From Octopus vulgaris (Eukaryota), in assembly GCA_951406725.2 (NCBI GenBank), contig OX597821.1, positions 81,096,001-81,160,000 on the forward strand: a DNA stretch of 64,000 bases, read 5' to 3'. Positions within the stretch are counted from its first letter, which is position 1, and the number at the start of each line of letters is the position of its first letter. Below, piece after piece: positions 13,150 through 26,364 of this stretch. The notes beneath the pieces are model-generated. The model was not told the origin of the DNA and did not search any database. It saw only the letters and a list, made by a program, of their open reading frames with translations. The position numbers and the translations under genes are program-made.

Positions 13150-13380
13150 CATTATTATCATTTAATGTCCATGTTCAAAGCTGGTATGAGTTGGGCAGTT
13201 TCACAGAATCCAATGGGTTGAAAGACTGTATCATGCTCCAGTGTTTGCTGTGGCATGGTTTTTATGGCTGAATGACTTTCCTGACACCAACTACATTGCA
13301 GTATGTACTGAACCCTTTTTTTTGTGTGCCACCAACATTTGTGAGGTTTCCATGCAGCCTGCAAGACTAAGAAACCTGAG
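13150..13380 (-). mobile_element. RTE LINE 3'-end copy, degenerate
   Basis: atcatttaatgtccatgttcaaagctggtatgagttggg..tggcatggtttttatggctgaatg. Confidence 0.7.
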
Positions 13381-13674
13381 GGGAGAGACTTAATGCTAGG
13401 ATATGAGGGTTAAGATATGGTAGAAGTGAGTGGAGAAGAGCAGGTTCTTGTCGTAGAGGACCTCCATGGCTACTCACATTTAGAGGAGAGAATGAATAAA
13501 TGAATAAATAAATGAATGAATACAATTGGTTTAAATTCATTACTATAAAGGAATGTCTTTACCAAAAATATCACCCATTCAGTGTCACTCATTTTTCTGT
13601 ATCCATTAAACAAATAACTGTTCAATCATCTTGTGTTGTTATTTTGAAAAGTTACTTTCAAAATATTTCTGGTG

Positions 13675-14050
13675 TCCTGTGTGGTTAAAAAGTTTACCCA
13701 ACCATGCAGTTTCAGGTTCAATCCCATGGAGGGGCATTTTGGACATGTGTCTTCTACTATAACCTAAAGCTCACAAAAGCCTTGTGATTGGTTATAGTAG
13801 ATGAAAACTTAAAGAAGCCCATTATATGTTTCACATGATGGTCCTAATCAAGCATTACCAGCACACAAGTAACATCTTTCATTTCTAGTCTTCCATAAAA
13901 AACACATCTAAGCCATGGAAAAATATTACATTGCTTGGAAAGGTATCTGACTGGGGATAATCTGACGACAGGAAAGGTTTCTGACTGGGGATAATCTGTC
14001 TCAATGAATTCCATCTGATCCATACAAATATGTTAAAATGACAACAATGA
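13675..14050 (+). mobile_element. tRNA/CORE-type SINE, tail B, degenerate
   Basis: Head gtgtggttaaaaag..ggttcaatccc; tail carries a local tandem duplication of ctgactggggataatctg. Confidence 0.7.
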
Positions 14051-14469
14051 GGAACACTGATCGGTTCATTTTCACACTATTTCCAGATGTAAATTTCAAC
14101 ATATATGATATTAATAATAACAATTTCAATTCATGACCAGCATTTATTTTATTGATTAAAAAGAAAAATTGAAAATCAAAATCAACCTCAGCAGGATTTG
14201 AACTCAGGATGCACAGAGCTATAACTATAGCTAGGCATTTTGTCCAACGGGTCTCCTAATTCTTCCAGGTGATTTCTCACCTGAACATAAGGGCATAAAT
14301 TATGAATGAGGAGTGTAGTTGATGAAGTCCAATACTTCAAGACCAGTGCTTTCATTCATCAACATTGAAGAGATAAAACGAAAATCTACTCCTACTTTAA
14401 AGCTAAGTGGTTTAGTAGCAAGAGAAGAAGGAATTCATCTGTGAAAACAATTGTTGTAAAAATAACAAT

Positions 14470-14470
<1 letters not shown>

Positions 14471-14524
<54 letters not shown>
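14471..14524. repeat. (CAG)n trinucleotide microsatellite
   Basis: Pure CAG run; no flanking frame supports a polyQ exon. Confidence 0.95.
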
Positions 14525-14525
<1 letters not shown>

Positions 14526-15075
14526 CACACATGTAAACAGGAGAAAAATGGATGCAAAATAGTAAAACAAAACAAGAAAATGCACTGACAAACTCCTGGC
14601 CTCAACCACTCAACTTGTGTGTGTGTGTCATTTCTTTGGGTCTAAATGTGCCACAATGAATGCCTCGCTTCGTCTTAACCACTCAGCAACAGCAATGCTT
14701 TTATCTCATACCCACCTCAAATACCACTAAAGATTATTAACCTCAAGATGTTAACACCTGAAAGAATTAACAAAATAGATTTACTGTGGTTATTTCTACA
14801 AGAGTGCTACAAATTAAAGTGTTTCCTGGGAGGAACCAAACATAATGGGTTCATGATGTTATCTGCAGACGAACACCCCCTCCCGTTATTCCAATTGTTT
14901 TCTACCAATGTTTTTAAATGCCACATATACTGAATTGGTTTGGGTGACAGCCAATATATTCCAGTTATTCCTCTAGTATCTTTTAATGAGATCTTTAGTT
15001 TTGCTAGCGCCAACTAATAAAACGCACACAAGCTAAAATAAAAATAAGCATGAGAAGTGTTTGTGTGCGCACGCG

Positions 15076-15119
<44 letters not shown>

Positions 15120-15472
15120 CACATATACAAAAAAATATGCAAAGGAACAAACACACACAGCTATTTTACTCCTACATTCTGTTAACTATATTCAGTTTTG
15201 AAAATATTTAGCGAAACAACACATATAAATGGTCAATGTTACATAACACTAGTTTGCTTCCAATCCTTGCTGATCTTATTCGCCAGAGTACCATGTCAGC
15301 ACAACAGCACTAATAACCACCAATCAACTACACTCCAGCATCACCGTTCACCAGTAAACTACACAAGTTACTACAGCTACTCTGCTCCAACTAGCGGTGA
15401 AGTACAAAGTACCCTAGCTTCAAGAAACTTGAGATAACTGTACTCCAAAGGGTCATAAAAAGAAATGATTAA

Positions 15473-15692
15473 CCCTTTAGCAATCAGATCACTCTGTCAA
15501 ATGTAATGCCTATTTACTCGTTGTTTTAAATTAATCATGCATTATCTTGTAACTTCACGAAATTTAATGATGTGATTGTTTATTTTACAATGGCATTGTA
15601 GGATAAGAGTAAGAGACCGGATCTGGTCAGTTTGGACATAAAATAGATACAATATTTTGGCAGGATTTGGCTAGTTTAAATTCTGAAGGATC
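15473..15692. mobile_element. piggyBac-like MITE (TTAA target), degenerate right end
   Basis: ttaa|ccctttagca start; collinear with 26861-27078 and 28386-28605. Confidence 0.7.
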
Positions 15693-16518
15693 AAGTTTCA
15701 ATTATAATCATCATTTTCAAGTAACAACAAATAATGGATAATAGTTGTAGCTATCAAAATTTGTAAAACCATCCTACCCACATTGACTTCATCATTTAAC
15801 ATCCACTTTCCATGTAAAATAGGATTGTAAAACTAAATACAAAGCATAGAACATAAACGGTAGGTTTGGTCTGATGAACGTGAACTTGAAAAAGTAAGAC
15901 TGAAGACAATGAAGAGACGAGATACGAAATGCAGAGGATAACATCTACAAGAAAGAGGTCGAATAGAGAGGTGTTTGATAATGGATAACAGGTGGGCAAG
16001 TTCTGTGAGTTGATGACTGAAAACACACAAGGAAAATGATTAATGGACATTACTTAAACTCGGATCTTGAAATGTTTGGCTCTGTAAGATAATACAGGTT
16101 TGTGATGCATGAATCAATCCTGTACATAAGGCCATGTAATTTTCATTTGCAAAGGAGAACAGATACTAAACTATTAATTATTTCTCATTAGGTATGGAAA
16201 CAAATTTTTATTGGAAGGGTAATTAAGGATTTTACTTGATCATGCTTTTTCCAAGAACACTTGACTCTATAAGTAGAGTGGAATAGCTTAAACCAGAACA
16301 AAAAAAAAACAACTGAAGTTGAGACTAAAAGTTCAACTCAGAAATAGTTTGCCAACATTCTCAGACTTGGCCAATATATGTAGTTAACAAGTTCGCTTTG
16401 CAACTACGTAGCTTCAAGTTTAGTCCTACAACCTAGTTTTTTGGACAAGTGACTCCTGGAGCTAACCAATATCTTGTGAGTGAATTAAATACTGCCTTAA
16501 ATAGTAATAATAATAATA

Positions 16519-17060
16519 CCAGGTAGTGGTTCACATGGCTTCTCATCTTAATTGATTGGAAGTGTTATCATGTACATTGTTTTGTCTTGGTATAAAAGAT
16601 GGGCTACAGCAAATATTTTGCTCAGTACCACATATTAGATTGTCAGTTGTTTGACTTTAACCAGTTCAGCATGTCCCTTGGTAGTTGGTGATATGTGCAT
16701 CTCTGATCACGAGAAGAGTTGTCGGGGAGCATCATAGCCGTGTGTTGAGAAGAATTCTTTGGGGTTTGAATAATTCACCTCTGGAAACATGGGTGTTTCC
16801 TTCAACATTCTTAAACAACCTTTATTCAGAGACCTTTTGAGTGGGATGGGCTACTCAACCTGAAGAAAATTCTAACTGGGCCCCATCTGCAAGGTCATGT
16901 GTTGTTTATCTTGATATCAGATCACCATGTCGCACGCATATGGTTGTGATGCATGTGCCTGGTGTACCCTTATAAGACAGGTAATCATGATTGGTATATT
17001 GGACTTTGTATATTTGTACCCCAGTTTTCACTTTGATGGAATGTGCCACTCTCTCACTCA
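16519..17060 (+). mobile_element. Non-LTR retroelement 3' region inserted in (TAA)n (Dong/R4-like by target site)
   Basis: Homologous to 5283-5747 with about 70 nt more at the 5' end; taataataat on both flanks. Confidence 0.7.
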
Positions 17061-17339
17061 GTAATAATAATCATCATCATCATCTTCATTTAATGTCCGT
17101 TTTCCATACTGGCATGGGTTGAACTGTTTGACTGAAAACTGGTAAGCTGGGGAGTAGTAGTAGTAATGATAATAAAAATGATGATGATGGCCACCCCCAT
17201 TGATTACAATGTATGAGTGTTTGAAAGGAAGGATTAAAAACGAAAAAGAAGCTGTATTTATTTGTGATGGATGCATGAATGTAATTTGTGTTCATGTATG
17301 GATTTGAAAACACAATGGGGGCGATAGGGATTTTAATAA

Positions 17340-17599
17340 CAACAAGAGTACTCAGAGAACACAAATCTCTGCCAAGGCAACACCAACATCCTCTCAAAAA
17401 TTAGCCAGAGATGATTTTTAAAATGAGAATATCTGAAATAAACTCGACTCCTCTAACAAACGAGAATACTAAAAATGAATCCAACCTCCCTGTAGGTTTC
17501 ATCCAAATCCATCCAACAGTTCTTGAGATACCTTGTCCACAGATAAACAAACAAACTTGACTGAAAACAATACCTCCACTTTCGCTAAGGTGGAGGTAA
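17340..17599. mobile_element. Helentron-associated (HINE/DINE-like) non-autonomous element
   Basis: Starts aacaagagtactcagag; has a subterminal ctctgccaagg motif, an (ACAA)n stretch and terminal hairpin acctccactttcgctaaggtggaggt. Confidence 0.6.
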
Positions 17600-17613
17600 T
17601 AATAATAATGATG

Positions 17614-19130
17614 ATTTCATTTATTTGCCACAAGGGTGAAGGATGAGAGGGGCAATACAACGATACATAAAGTGTGTGGGTTTACATATAATGGAATGAT
17701 AAGCAAAAAATTAAAGAAGGAAAGTATACACTGAAAAAGAAGGAATATATGCATAGCATACAAAGGTTTAAGAAAAAGTGGCAGGAAGGATGACAGAGAT
17801 GTGGCCCTCCTGATACAGGAAGGCCTCTAGGGATAATCAAGGAATCCCACCGTCTGAGATTTCTCTGAAACCCCAGGAGCAAGTGCCCTCTCTAACTCCT
17901 TCTCTCTCACTCACAGGTCTACACTCTTTCCATTATTGCAACTTTCACCCACATTTCAATAAACTCACTCAAGGACAGCACTTCCCTCTCCACTCTCGAT
18001 TTCCTTTTCATGTGAAACATGAAGTCAATGAGAGCTCTATTACAGAGGAATGTATCTCTCTTCATGCCTTTCAGCCTTGTCCAATAAACAAACTCTTTCG
18101 CCACAGCCACCAGGCAAAGGAAAACTACCTTGCCTGCCCAACTGAAGTAGGGCAGCGGTACGATCATCACTACAGACTCAGCTGACAAACAGATCCATCT
18201 CACACATAACAGCAGCTGCTTCACATAACCCCACAAGGCAGCAATGCCCAGATACTGAACAAGGGCATGCAGAATGGTTTCATCACTCTGCGTACAACTC
18301 GGACAAGCCTATCTGATAGCACATCTGTACCTGTAGAGATTATCTCGAACAGGTAGAACTGCCAAGCCAAGGACATCTGGAAATTATCCATGATAGTTCC
18401 CGATCAGAAAGTCCTCCAGAACAGGCTAGCCAGTTCGTTCTCATCAGCACCCAGTGTCTCTCCGAGAACCTTGTCGCACTTCCCGCAACTAATACTCTCT
18501 AAACTTCTAAAGCAGAACATCCACCAATCCCATTGCCCAACTGGTAGAGAGCTGTGAGCACCTGATGACATTCTAGGTGCCAGGCAACCAGTCTTAGTCT
18601 CTTCTTCACTCAGGACAGCAGCTCCATCAAGGAGACAAGCTGCAAAAAGATGAGCCTAACAAAACGGAGCCCACACATGCTCACCATCCAGAAATCGTTG
18701 CAGGTAGCATAACACAAGAGCATGTCTGTGCATTAGGTGCTACGGCATACCTAATCCGCCACTCAGAGGATGCTGGCAACAGACTGACCGCCTGAGATGC
18801 TCCAACCTGGTCAAGCAGTAACCAGGACAAGGCACACCTCTGCCACAGCACTAGGAATTCTTCTGTTCTGTTACCAGTTGCAGTAGATGTCTGCCAAGAA
18901 GTTGCCAAACAAATCTGGCATGAATACAAAGAATTCATAGGGCAGACCATCCGAACCTGGCAATCTGCAGCCTGTACAATCGCTCATCACCTACCAAATT
19001 TCAACAGCTGTTACCGGCCTTTCACATAACCCCGTATCAGCTGCCAAGAGTTGCAGCAAGCCACCCAGGTACAAATGAAAGTCCAGTACCGTTGTCAACC
19101 CATCACCCTCTCCAAACAGCTGCGCAAAGT
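17614..19130 (-). mobile_element. Tx1/L1-clade LINE, 5'-truncated, degenerate ORF2 C-terminus plus 3'UTR
   Basis: Minus translation LPVRDNLY...CPSCTQSDETILHALVQY (zf-RVT-like) runs into ORF 17919-18236; AATAAA near the 3' end at about 17620. Confidence 0.85.
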
Positions 19131-19149
19131 GCTGCTGATAATATGCACT

Positions 19150-19332
19150 GGGCCACAAATTTGGAGGAGTAAAGGCTTGTCGATTATATCAACTGCACCA
19201 CTTGACTGATACTTTATCTTATCAACCTCAAGGGTATGAAAGATGAAGCTAACCTCAACAAGATTTAAACTGAAATTGTAAAGGGCCAGAACAAATTCCC
19301 TACTAATAATCCTGCTAATCATTCTGCCATTA
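19150..19332 (-). mobile_element. Meta-domain-type tRNA SINE, old copy
   Basis: tatcaacctcaagggtatgaaagatgaagctaacctc..gatttaaactg. Confidence 0.65.
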
Positions 19333-19374
19333 TTGTTGTTATTATTATTAAGGTGATAGATTGATATAAACGTT

Positions 19375-19585
19375 ACTCTGTGTGTGTGTTTGTCCCCCCA
19401 ACATTGCTTGACAACTGATGCTGGTGTGTTTACATCCCTGTAACTTAGCGGTTCGACAAAAGAGACCGATAGAATAAGTACTAGGCTTACAACGAATAAG
19501 TCCTGGAGTCAATTTGCTCGATCAACTAAAGGTGGTGCTCCAGCATGGCCACAGTCAAATGACTGAAACAAGTAAATGAGTAAAT
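19375..19585 (+). mobile_element. SINE tail A fragment, relatively young
   Basis: cttgacaactgatgctggtgtgtttac..gctccagcatggccacagtcaaatgactgaaacaagtaaa. Confidence 0.85.
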
Positions 19586-20434
19586 TACGCAAAAACGAAA
19601 ATAATACTGACATCTCATTCTAACAGATATATTTACCAAAATTACAGAAATAAATCTGGAAATACTAAAGAGTAAATTTATTCAACAAAGTCACCATTGG
19701 CTTCAACCCCGGCCTCCAGATGACTTCGGAATCTCATGCAACTCTTCCGGACAGTCTCCTTGCTTAAGTTGGTGAATGCTACCATAATCCTTGCTTTCAG
19801 TTCATCTCTGGTGTTACAAGGAGTTTTGTTGGTCTCTCGCTCAACTTCACCCAACACATAATAATCAAGAGTGTTGCAGCCTGGGGAGTTAAAGGGCCAG
19901 ATGTTAGGGGTGGTGTGGTCTCGGAAATTGTCTCGGAAATTGTCTAACAGCCATGACTGGGTTCTCCTGCCTCTGTAGCATGGTGCAGAGTCCTGTTGCC
20001 AGATATAAGGTCTTCAAGCAGCCACCCTCTTGACCAGGGCAGCACTACCTCCTCCAGGCACCTGATGTAGGCCTCTGTGTTGAGTGTGAGGCAGTGTGGG
20101 AAGATGAATGGAGGCATAACGTTGTCATCACTAGTGATGACTCCAAACACCATGATGTTGACTGGATGTTTGATTTTTATCCCTCTCAGTACAGGTCCTC
20201 AGATTGACACCCAAACACTCTGAAATGTTCATATTGGAGTTTCTGGCATGAATGCCAAGCAGTACAGCATGTCATTTCCAAATTTCTGGCAAAGTGAATT
20301 GCATCATGGGGCTGTTTTTCTCACAAATGGTGCCCAACTGACCCTATTATACTGTGTAGTCAACAAAATCAAAAACAATGCACATGCGCAAAATTCAAAA
20401 TATAAAATAGCAACAATTTCTCCCTTGGACCCTG
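19586..20434 (-). mobile_element. maT (DD37D) Tc1/mariner transposon, internally deleted pseudogene
   Basis: Minus translation MVFGVITSD..MPPFIFP..WQQDSAP..WPFNSPGCNTLDYYV..EANGDF; 37 residues between the second and third Asp once a 12-bp duplication (tctcggaaattg) is removed; right end cctg|ta. Confidence 0.9.
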
Positions 20435-20504
20435 TAGATATAGACTTTGGCAATAAATCGTAGTCATGGCTGATGCTGCTGTCACAATAATGGAACATAA
20501 ACGA

Positions 20505-20662
20505 TACCCACTACACTCTTGGAGTTGTTGGCATTAGGAAGGGCATCCAGCTGTAGAAACCATGCCAAATCAGATTGGAACCTGGTGCAGCTCCTAGGTT
20601 TACCAGTTTTCAATCAAACCATTGAATCCATGCCAGCATGAGAAACAGATGTTAGATGATGA
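20505..20662 (+). mobile_element. RTE LINE 3'-end copy
   Basis: cccactacactc..aggaagggcatccagctgtagaaac..catgccagcatg..gatgatgat. Confidence 0.85.
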
Positions 20663-21414
20663 TTGTGAGTTTGTATGCACATGTGTGCTTTTTATGTTTG
20701 CACTTTGCCAAAAATCCCTTTTCTAGAAGCAGGGATGTTATCATTTCCCTTGTAAACAAATCCTCTGGTGGCTTTTGTGCCTCCAAAGACGTGTGGAATA
20801 AGAGATCTCTCACTTGAAAAACAGGTGTTATCACCTGGAAGGGTATGTATGTGGCTGTGAAACAATGTCTCAGCAATATACTCATCTCACCCATGCCAGC
20901 ACAAAGGAAACAAACACATACACACACACATATACAGATATATAACTGCCTCAAGGAACACATGCAAATACATAATTCAAAAGACACCTGGAGAAATACC
21001 ACACCCAAGACTTGACTTTATAATTATCATCAAGGCAACAGAGCATAACACTGGCAATCTGAGAGGCAAGGCAGCCATCCTCATTTATAAACGAAAGCCA
21101 TCAATTAACAATAGATGAGGGCTACACAAGGTTGATTGGTTATTATGACAATAGCTGTACACCTGTCACAACCTCTTCACACATATGTGAGCAAAAGATA
21201 CCAGCTTGACATCATCATTTACTCTTGACAAAGGGCTATTAACCCTGAAATATTGAAATACAAGATAAAAGTGTAAACTATTGTTCTCTATTCTTTACAC
21301 CTGTTTCCACTCCTTCGTTTCAATTTGCATTGCACAGGCTTTAAAATGAGTTTAAATTTAAATACCACACAATGCTTCACTTAAACCATGCTATGCTAAT
21401 ATGCTTTTGAGTGA

Positions 21415-21735
21415 AGGTGGGAGGTGCAAGAGGGGGAAGAGGGGAGAGGGGGAGAGAAAGGAGAGAGAGAGAAGGGAGAGGGGAACAGAGGGAGATGGAA
21501 GGTAAGATGGAGGGGAGAGAGGAATGAAGAGGGGAGAGAGGAATGATGAAGGGAGAGGGAGGAGAATTAGGGGGAGAGGGAGGGGCATGAAGGGGAGAGG
21601 GAGGGGAATGATGGGGAGAGGGAGGGGAATGAAGGGGAAAGGGATGGGAATGAAGAAGGGGAGAGGGTGGAGAAGAGGAAGGAGAACAGGGAGAACAGGA
21701 AGAAGAGGAGAGAGGGGGAGAGACAGACAGACAGA
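21415..21735. repeat. Purine-rich (GA) low-complexity tract with short degenerate tandem units
   Basis: Repeated gaaggggagagggaggggaat units; source of ORFs 21391-21588 and 21524-21886. Confidence 0.9.
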
Positions 21736-21899
21736 TAGATGGACTGATAAGTTAAAATATGGTTTATGTAGTATGAAAGTCCAAGCTAAATATAAATCTG
21801 ATATAAAAACTAATGAGATAACTTTATTTTGTTTTCACTCCTTATTAAATGAAATAGTCAATAACAAACAGGAGCAGATTCAATGAAAAGACCTCATAA

Positions 21900-22180
21900 A
21901 ATTGCAATAGGCAGAAACTGAAAGAAGCCTGCCATGGGTATTTATGAATGTATGAATGTAAACAGACAGATATCTGCATCTGTGTTATGTTTGTCTCTCA
22001 CCAACACCTGGCAACTGCTGTCGGATTGTTTATGTCCCCATAACTTAGCAGTTGGGCTTAAGAGATTGATAAAATAAGTCCCAGCCAAAAAAGGACTGGA
22101 GTCAATCTTATTGACTAAAACTCTTCAGAGTGGTATACCAGCATGGCCATAGTCTGGTGACTGAATTAAGTTAAAGATTT
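21900..22180 (+). mobile_element. tRNA/CORE-type SINE, tail A, 5'-truncated
   Basis: aggcagaaactgaaagaagcc..ccccataacttagcag..ccagcatggcc. Confidence 0.75.
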
Positions 22181-22213
22181 ACAAAAAGTGGAAAAAAGGC
22201 AGGGGTGTGGGTT

Positions 22214-22500
22214 ATCTATATGTATAAAGCGGAGTTTGTGTGTGTGTGGGAGAGAGAGAGTTTGTCTGTGCGTGTATGATCCTTATGCATTCAAAAACTT
22301 AGTTGCCAATTTTGACATTTGGGGTATCAAAAGATTCAGAAATCTTTCGGCTACTAAATAAACTTTATTTTCATTTATATATTTGCATTACAAAAATTTT
22401 AACATTACATTCAGTTAGTCAAAAATAAACCTCACATTCTAGGCACAATATATTTTAAAGGAGAAATCTTATGATGAAAGTGCAAATAAATTTGAATCTA
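22214..22500 (+). mobile_element. Helitron-like non-autonomous element, 5' part
   Basis: a|tctatatgtataaagcggag start followed by GT/GA microsatellite, a typical Helitron-N 5' TC terminus. Confidence 0.45.
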
Positions 22501-22739
22501 ATCAAAAGAGGTAATCATTGGCAGCTGCTGCTGTAGTGGTGGTGGTGGTGGTGGTAGTGGTGGTTTATTTATCTATATGTTGTATCATTCAAGAGTCTAA
22601 ATTCTTACCAACTATGTAATTACTTCAAAGATCTATGAATATGGCTGCCTGAGCCATTTTAATTGATTTGTCTCTTGAGAGTTCTGCATTGCCTTAACAT
22701 GAAAACTCTTGATGTATGGTTTCTAAAGTTTCCGAAATA

Positions 22740-22967
22740 GAAAAATATATAAAAGCTTGCATAAATTATAATTATTTGAAGATTGGTACTGGAACATGAA
22801 GAGTAAATTCTAAGTGAACTGAGTTAGCATTCCAGTTTCAATTCTAATTTGAAACATTATATATATATAATATTTTATATATATATTATATTGTGTGGAA
22901 TTTGATTTAGTATTTCTAAATTGAATTCTTTTTCCTTGTAAGTTTGGATTTTATTCCCTCAAATAAT

Positions 22968-22975
<8 letters not shown>
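22740..22975 (+). repeat. AT-rich repeat embedded in (TA)n, possibly Penelope pLTR-derived
   Basis: gaatttgatttagtatttctaaattg..tgtaagtttgga recurs in reverse at 55075-55145; decayed tgaaga..gaaac motif. Confidence 0.5.
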
Positions 22976-22998
<23 letters not shown>

Positions 22999-23052
22999 TA
23001 CATACATACATACATAGTGCTATTTTATTTGGGAAAACATATATAGATAAAA

Positions 23053-23345
23053 GGCACATGGCTCAATGGTTAAAACATCAAGTTCAGAATCATGAGTAAG
23101 TTCAATTCCTGGACTGAGTTGTGTTCTTGAGCAAGACATTTCATCTCACATTGCTCCAGTTCACTCAGCTGTAGAAATGAGTTGCAACATCACTCGTGCA
23201 AAGCTGTATCAGTCTTTGCCTTTCCCTAGGATAATATCAGTAGCATGGAGAGGGTAGGCTGGTATGCCTGGGCAAATGCTGGTCTTCCATAAACAACTTT
23301 GCCCGGACTTGTGTCTTGGAGGGGAACTTTCTAGGTGCAATCCTC
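23053..23345 (+). mobile_element. tRNA-derived SINE with V-like central domain
   Basis: A-box tggctcaatggttaa, B-box gttcaattcc, central tgtgttcttgagcaagaca..ttgctccagttcactcagctgta. Confidence 0.75.
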
Positions 23346-26300
23346 TTTCACTCCCAAGAATACAATCCAAACTGAGCAAGACCATCAATAATATATTGAT
23401 ACCAATATATTTTGAGAGAGAGAGCATCATGAATTTCAAGTTCACACCTCTGCTACCAACATGTAATAAAAGGTTCAGCGAAAGGAATGGCACTTCAACA
23501 AACCAAAAGACTGCCCAAAAAGAGACCTGATTCTATAGGTCAACATAAAAGTTATGACCAATGCACCTGGTGACTGCAATTCACCTCACAAGTTCTTGTA
23601 AATTAATAACACAAAATTCAGATTGCAACTCAGTGGTATGTGAGATCTTCAGAGTTAAATTGATTACATGATTTACATTTAAAATATAGTTCTGTAAGTA
23701 GACATGAGCCTGAAGAGGGAGTGGTTGAATTCTCGTTCACTTTTTTTTTTTAACTATATCATGGCACTTTCCATTATGATAACAACTTAATATAGCTGTG
23801 GCAAGTTTTGAATATTTATTACCAGATAATCAGTTATCTAGCACCTTAACCACAAGATTATTGCAGCTTAAACAATGAGGAATAATAGATATTGTGTGGT
23901 ATGGGATGTTACATCAAAAGTAAATAACAGAAGTATATACACAGACCATTCATGAAAACTGTAAGAAAGATTTCACGTTGTCCATGTAAGATATAAAATA
24001 TTAAATTAAATAATGATGTTTATACACAGTCAGTTTTACATTTAGTGACCTCAATGGGCACTGACCAGAGCTGTGGTCATAAAAGTATGAAGTGGAATTC
24101 CTCTGAACCAGATCGTATCTCGTTCAGAACTAGGTCTGTACAGTAATTGTAATTAGCTCACATTAGAGAATTGAAAATAGTGAGAAGAACAACAAAATAA
24201 TAACAAGTTGAAAAGCAGACATGAAATAGTTGGCAAATAAACTGGATTCACAAAGCAGTTAATCTTATTTAATCTCATCAATTATTCCACCATTTGCAAT
24301 AATGCAGTAAAGAGAGAATGGCAAATAGTTGCTTGCCTCTCTTTGCAGAGCTCAGAAATGATACAAAATAGAAATAACACCATTCACTCTCGCATTCTAA
24401 CTACCATTTGTCATAGAACCAATGCAAAAAGTATTGGTCACCTAAAACTACAAATGACCAACTCAGGGTAGAAGTGTCTCTGAATCCAGTAGGACAAGCT
24501 CTCTATAGCTTGCTTCTCAATAAAACACCACTACCCTCTTTTTGTTCTAACATGTCAACTAGTTTAACATCACCACCTGGCTGCTTTTGGCAAAAAATCT
24601 GTTGCAGGTACTCAGATCATTTTTCTTGCACTTATTGACCCTGCAGCTGTCCAAGCACAGTATCAGCTGCATAGCATCAATCTCACCTATGGTCAAGGGC
24701 ATTCTCAGGACAATTGCAAGGACCATGAGCACTAACACTGCTCACTCACTAATAAGTTTTTAAAAGCAGGCAAGACATAGTGAGTAGGTACCATATTAGT
24801 GAGAGCAATATTACTAAATAAAACAGAATAGACCCAAATTCTTACGGAGAGATGAGGATTTTCCAAAGGATTTACTTTTAGCTCTCAAAAGTTAAGTACA
24901 TCACTTGGATAGTTTATACTTGTTGGTTAACCCCAAACTAGTCCTTATTGATTGCACAAACTTACAATCAAAAGCAAACTAGCCATGACCAATCCAATTA
25001 TTTGTATACAATGGCCTATGTTATCCAAGTCTCTTCCTTTTTAAGAGTTAACTGCTATTTCTAGCAGATCAAATGCCCACATAGAGGCTCCCCCTTTGAC
25101 TCATAAATTTACATTTAGAAGTCAATGGTATCATCATCCGTTAGCACTCATAAGATGGTTTGACTGGAGCTCGTAAGCCAGAGAGCTGCACCAGGCTCCA
25201 GTCTGTTTTGGCTTCGTTTCTACAGCTGGATGCCCTTCCTAATGCCAACTACTCCAAGAGTGTAGTGGGTATCATTTATGTATGGGATTTTTTTTTTTTT
25301 TATGCGTCACCAGTATGGGTGCCTTTTAATTAAATGTCATGGTAATGGTAGATGTTGTGGTTGATGATAGGGCTATGATCAAAGATGTTCCAGCCACGAC
25401 AATTCCAGTCTGTTTCATTTTGTTTGGTTTTTTTTTTTCCTTCTACTTCTAAAGCGAAGAGCATCTGGACTACACCATCAAATGTATCCCTCTGTTTTTA
25501 AGGAGGGCTGTGTGTTATTCAAAGGATATGTAGTTGTTATTTCTTGCAGGTTGAGTGTGCAACCCCACTATGGTTCCTTTATTGGTTTGTGAATATATGG
25601 ATAATATATTGATAATCATAATGGAGCAATTGTTGATGATGGTGAAAGTCTAGATATCATCAGTGAACAGATGATAACAATCAGGATGAAACCAACACAG
25701 TTCTTTTTATCAGTCAATTCATAACTCTCTGACCCTGAACTAAGACATATGACTAGGGAGGGATGTAATATAATTTCCTCCCCCCCCCCCATTCTTCAAT
25801 ATCACAACAATTTGCCTCTAATAATAAAGCTTTTTTCACATCCAGACAATTATTGTTAGAAATATACACAGCAGCTCCTCAAGCTAAGATCACAGGTAAG
25901 CACACTCCAGAATGACTGACAATCTAGCTTCAGGTGCACCAACCCCTATTAGAAACAAAGCTAAGTTTCCAACAAATGGAATCCTTTACCTAATCATCAG
26001 AATGGCTTCTACTTACTGTAAAGTATTAAAGTGCCTCCGAAGCTTGAAGTGGCTTTTAATTGTTTAGGCTCAAGTCGGGTTTGTTGAGAGCCTATATGAC
26101 TACTCCACATTTACAAAACACAAAAAACAACAAAAAAATAATTTATCTATGACTTTCTATTCTCAAGACATTAAACCTTTTTGATACCAACCTGCTTGAG
26201 ACTGTTATTGGTTTTATGATACAAACTACTTGTTTGAAAGTGAAACAAACAAGATCTCTATAATGGACTCTGTAGCAACGAGAGCACTTTGACAAACTAA

Positions 26301-26364
26301 ACAAATTAGTTAGTTGGTTATTTAACCAATTGACTAATAATAAAGAAAAGGAGTGGAATTGATC

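Noticed and set aside
14412-14609. Poly-Cys ORF or polyQ exon
   Set aside because: (CAG)n microsatellite; the Gln frame is immediately preceded by a stop codon (taa) and lacks exon signals.
21524-21886. RG/RGG-rich protein ORF
   Set aside because: Translation of a purine-rich low-complexity tract; no splice or homology support.
24040-24500. Possible RT remnant (TIHSRILTTICHRTN)
   Set aside because: Only one short weak resemblance, not enough to call.
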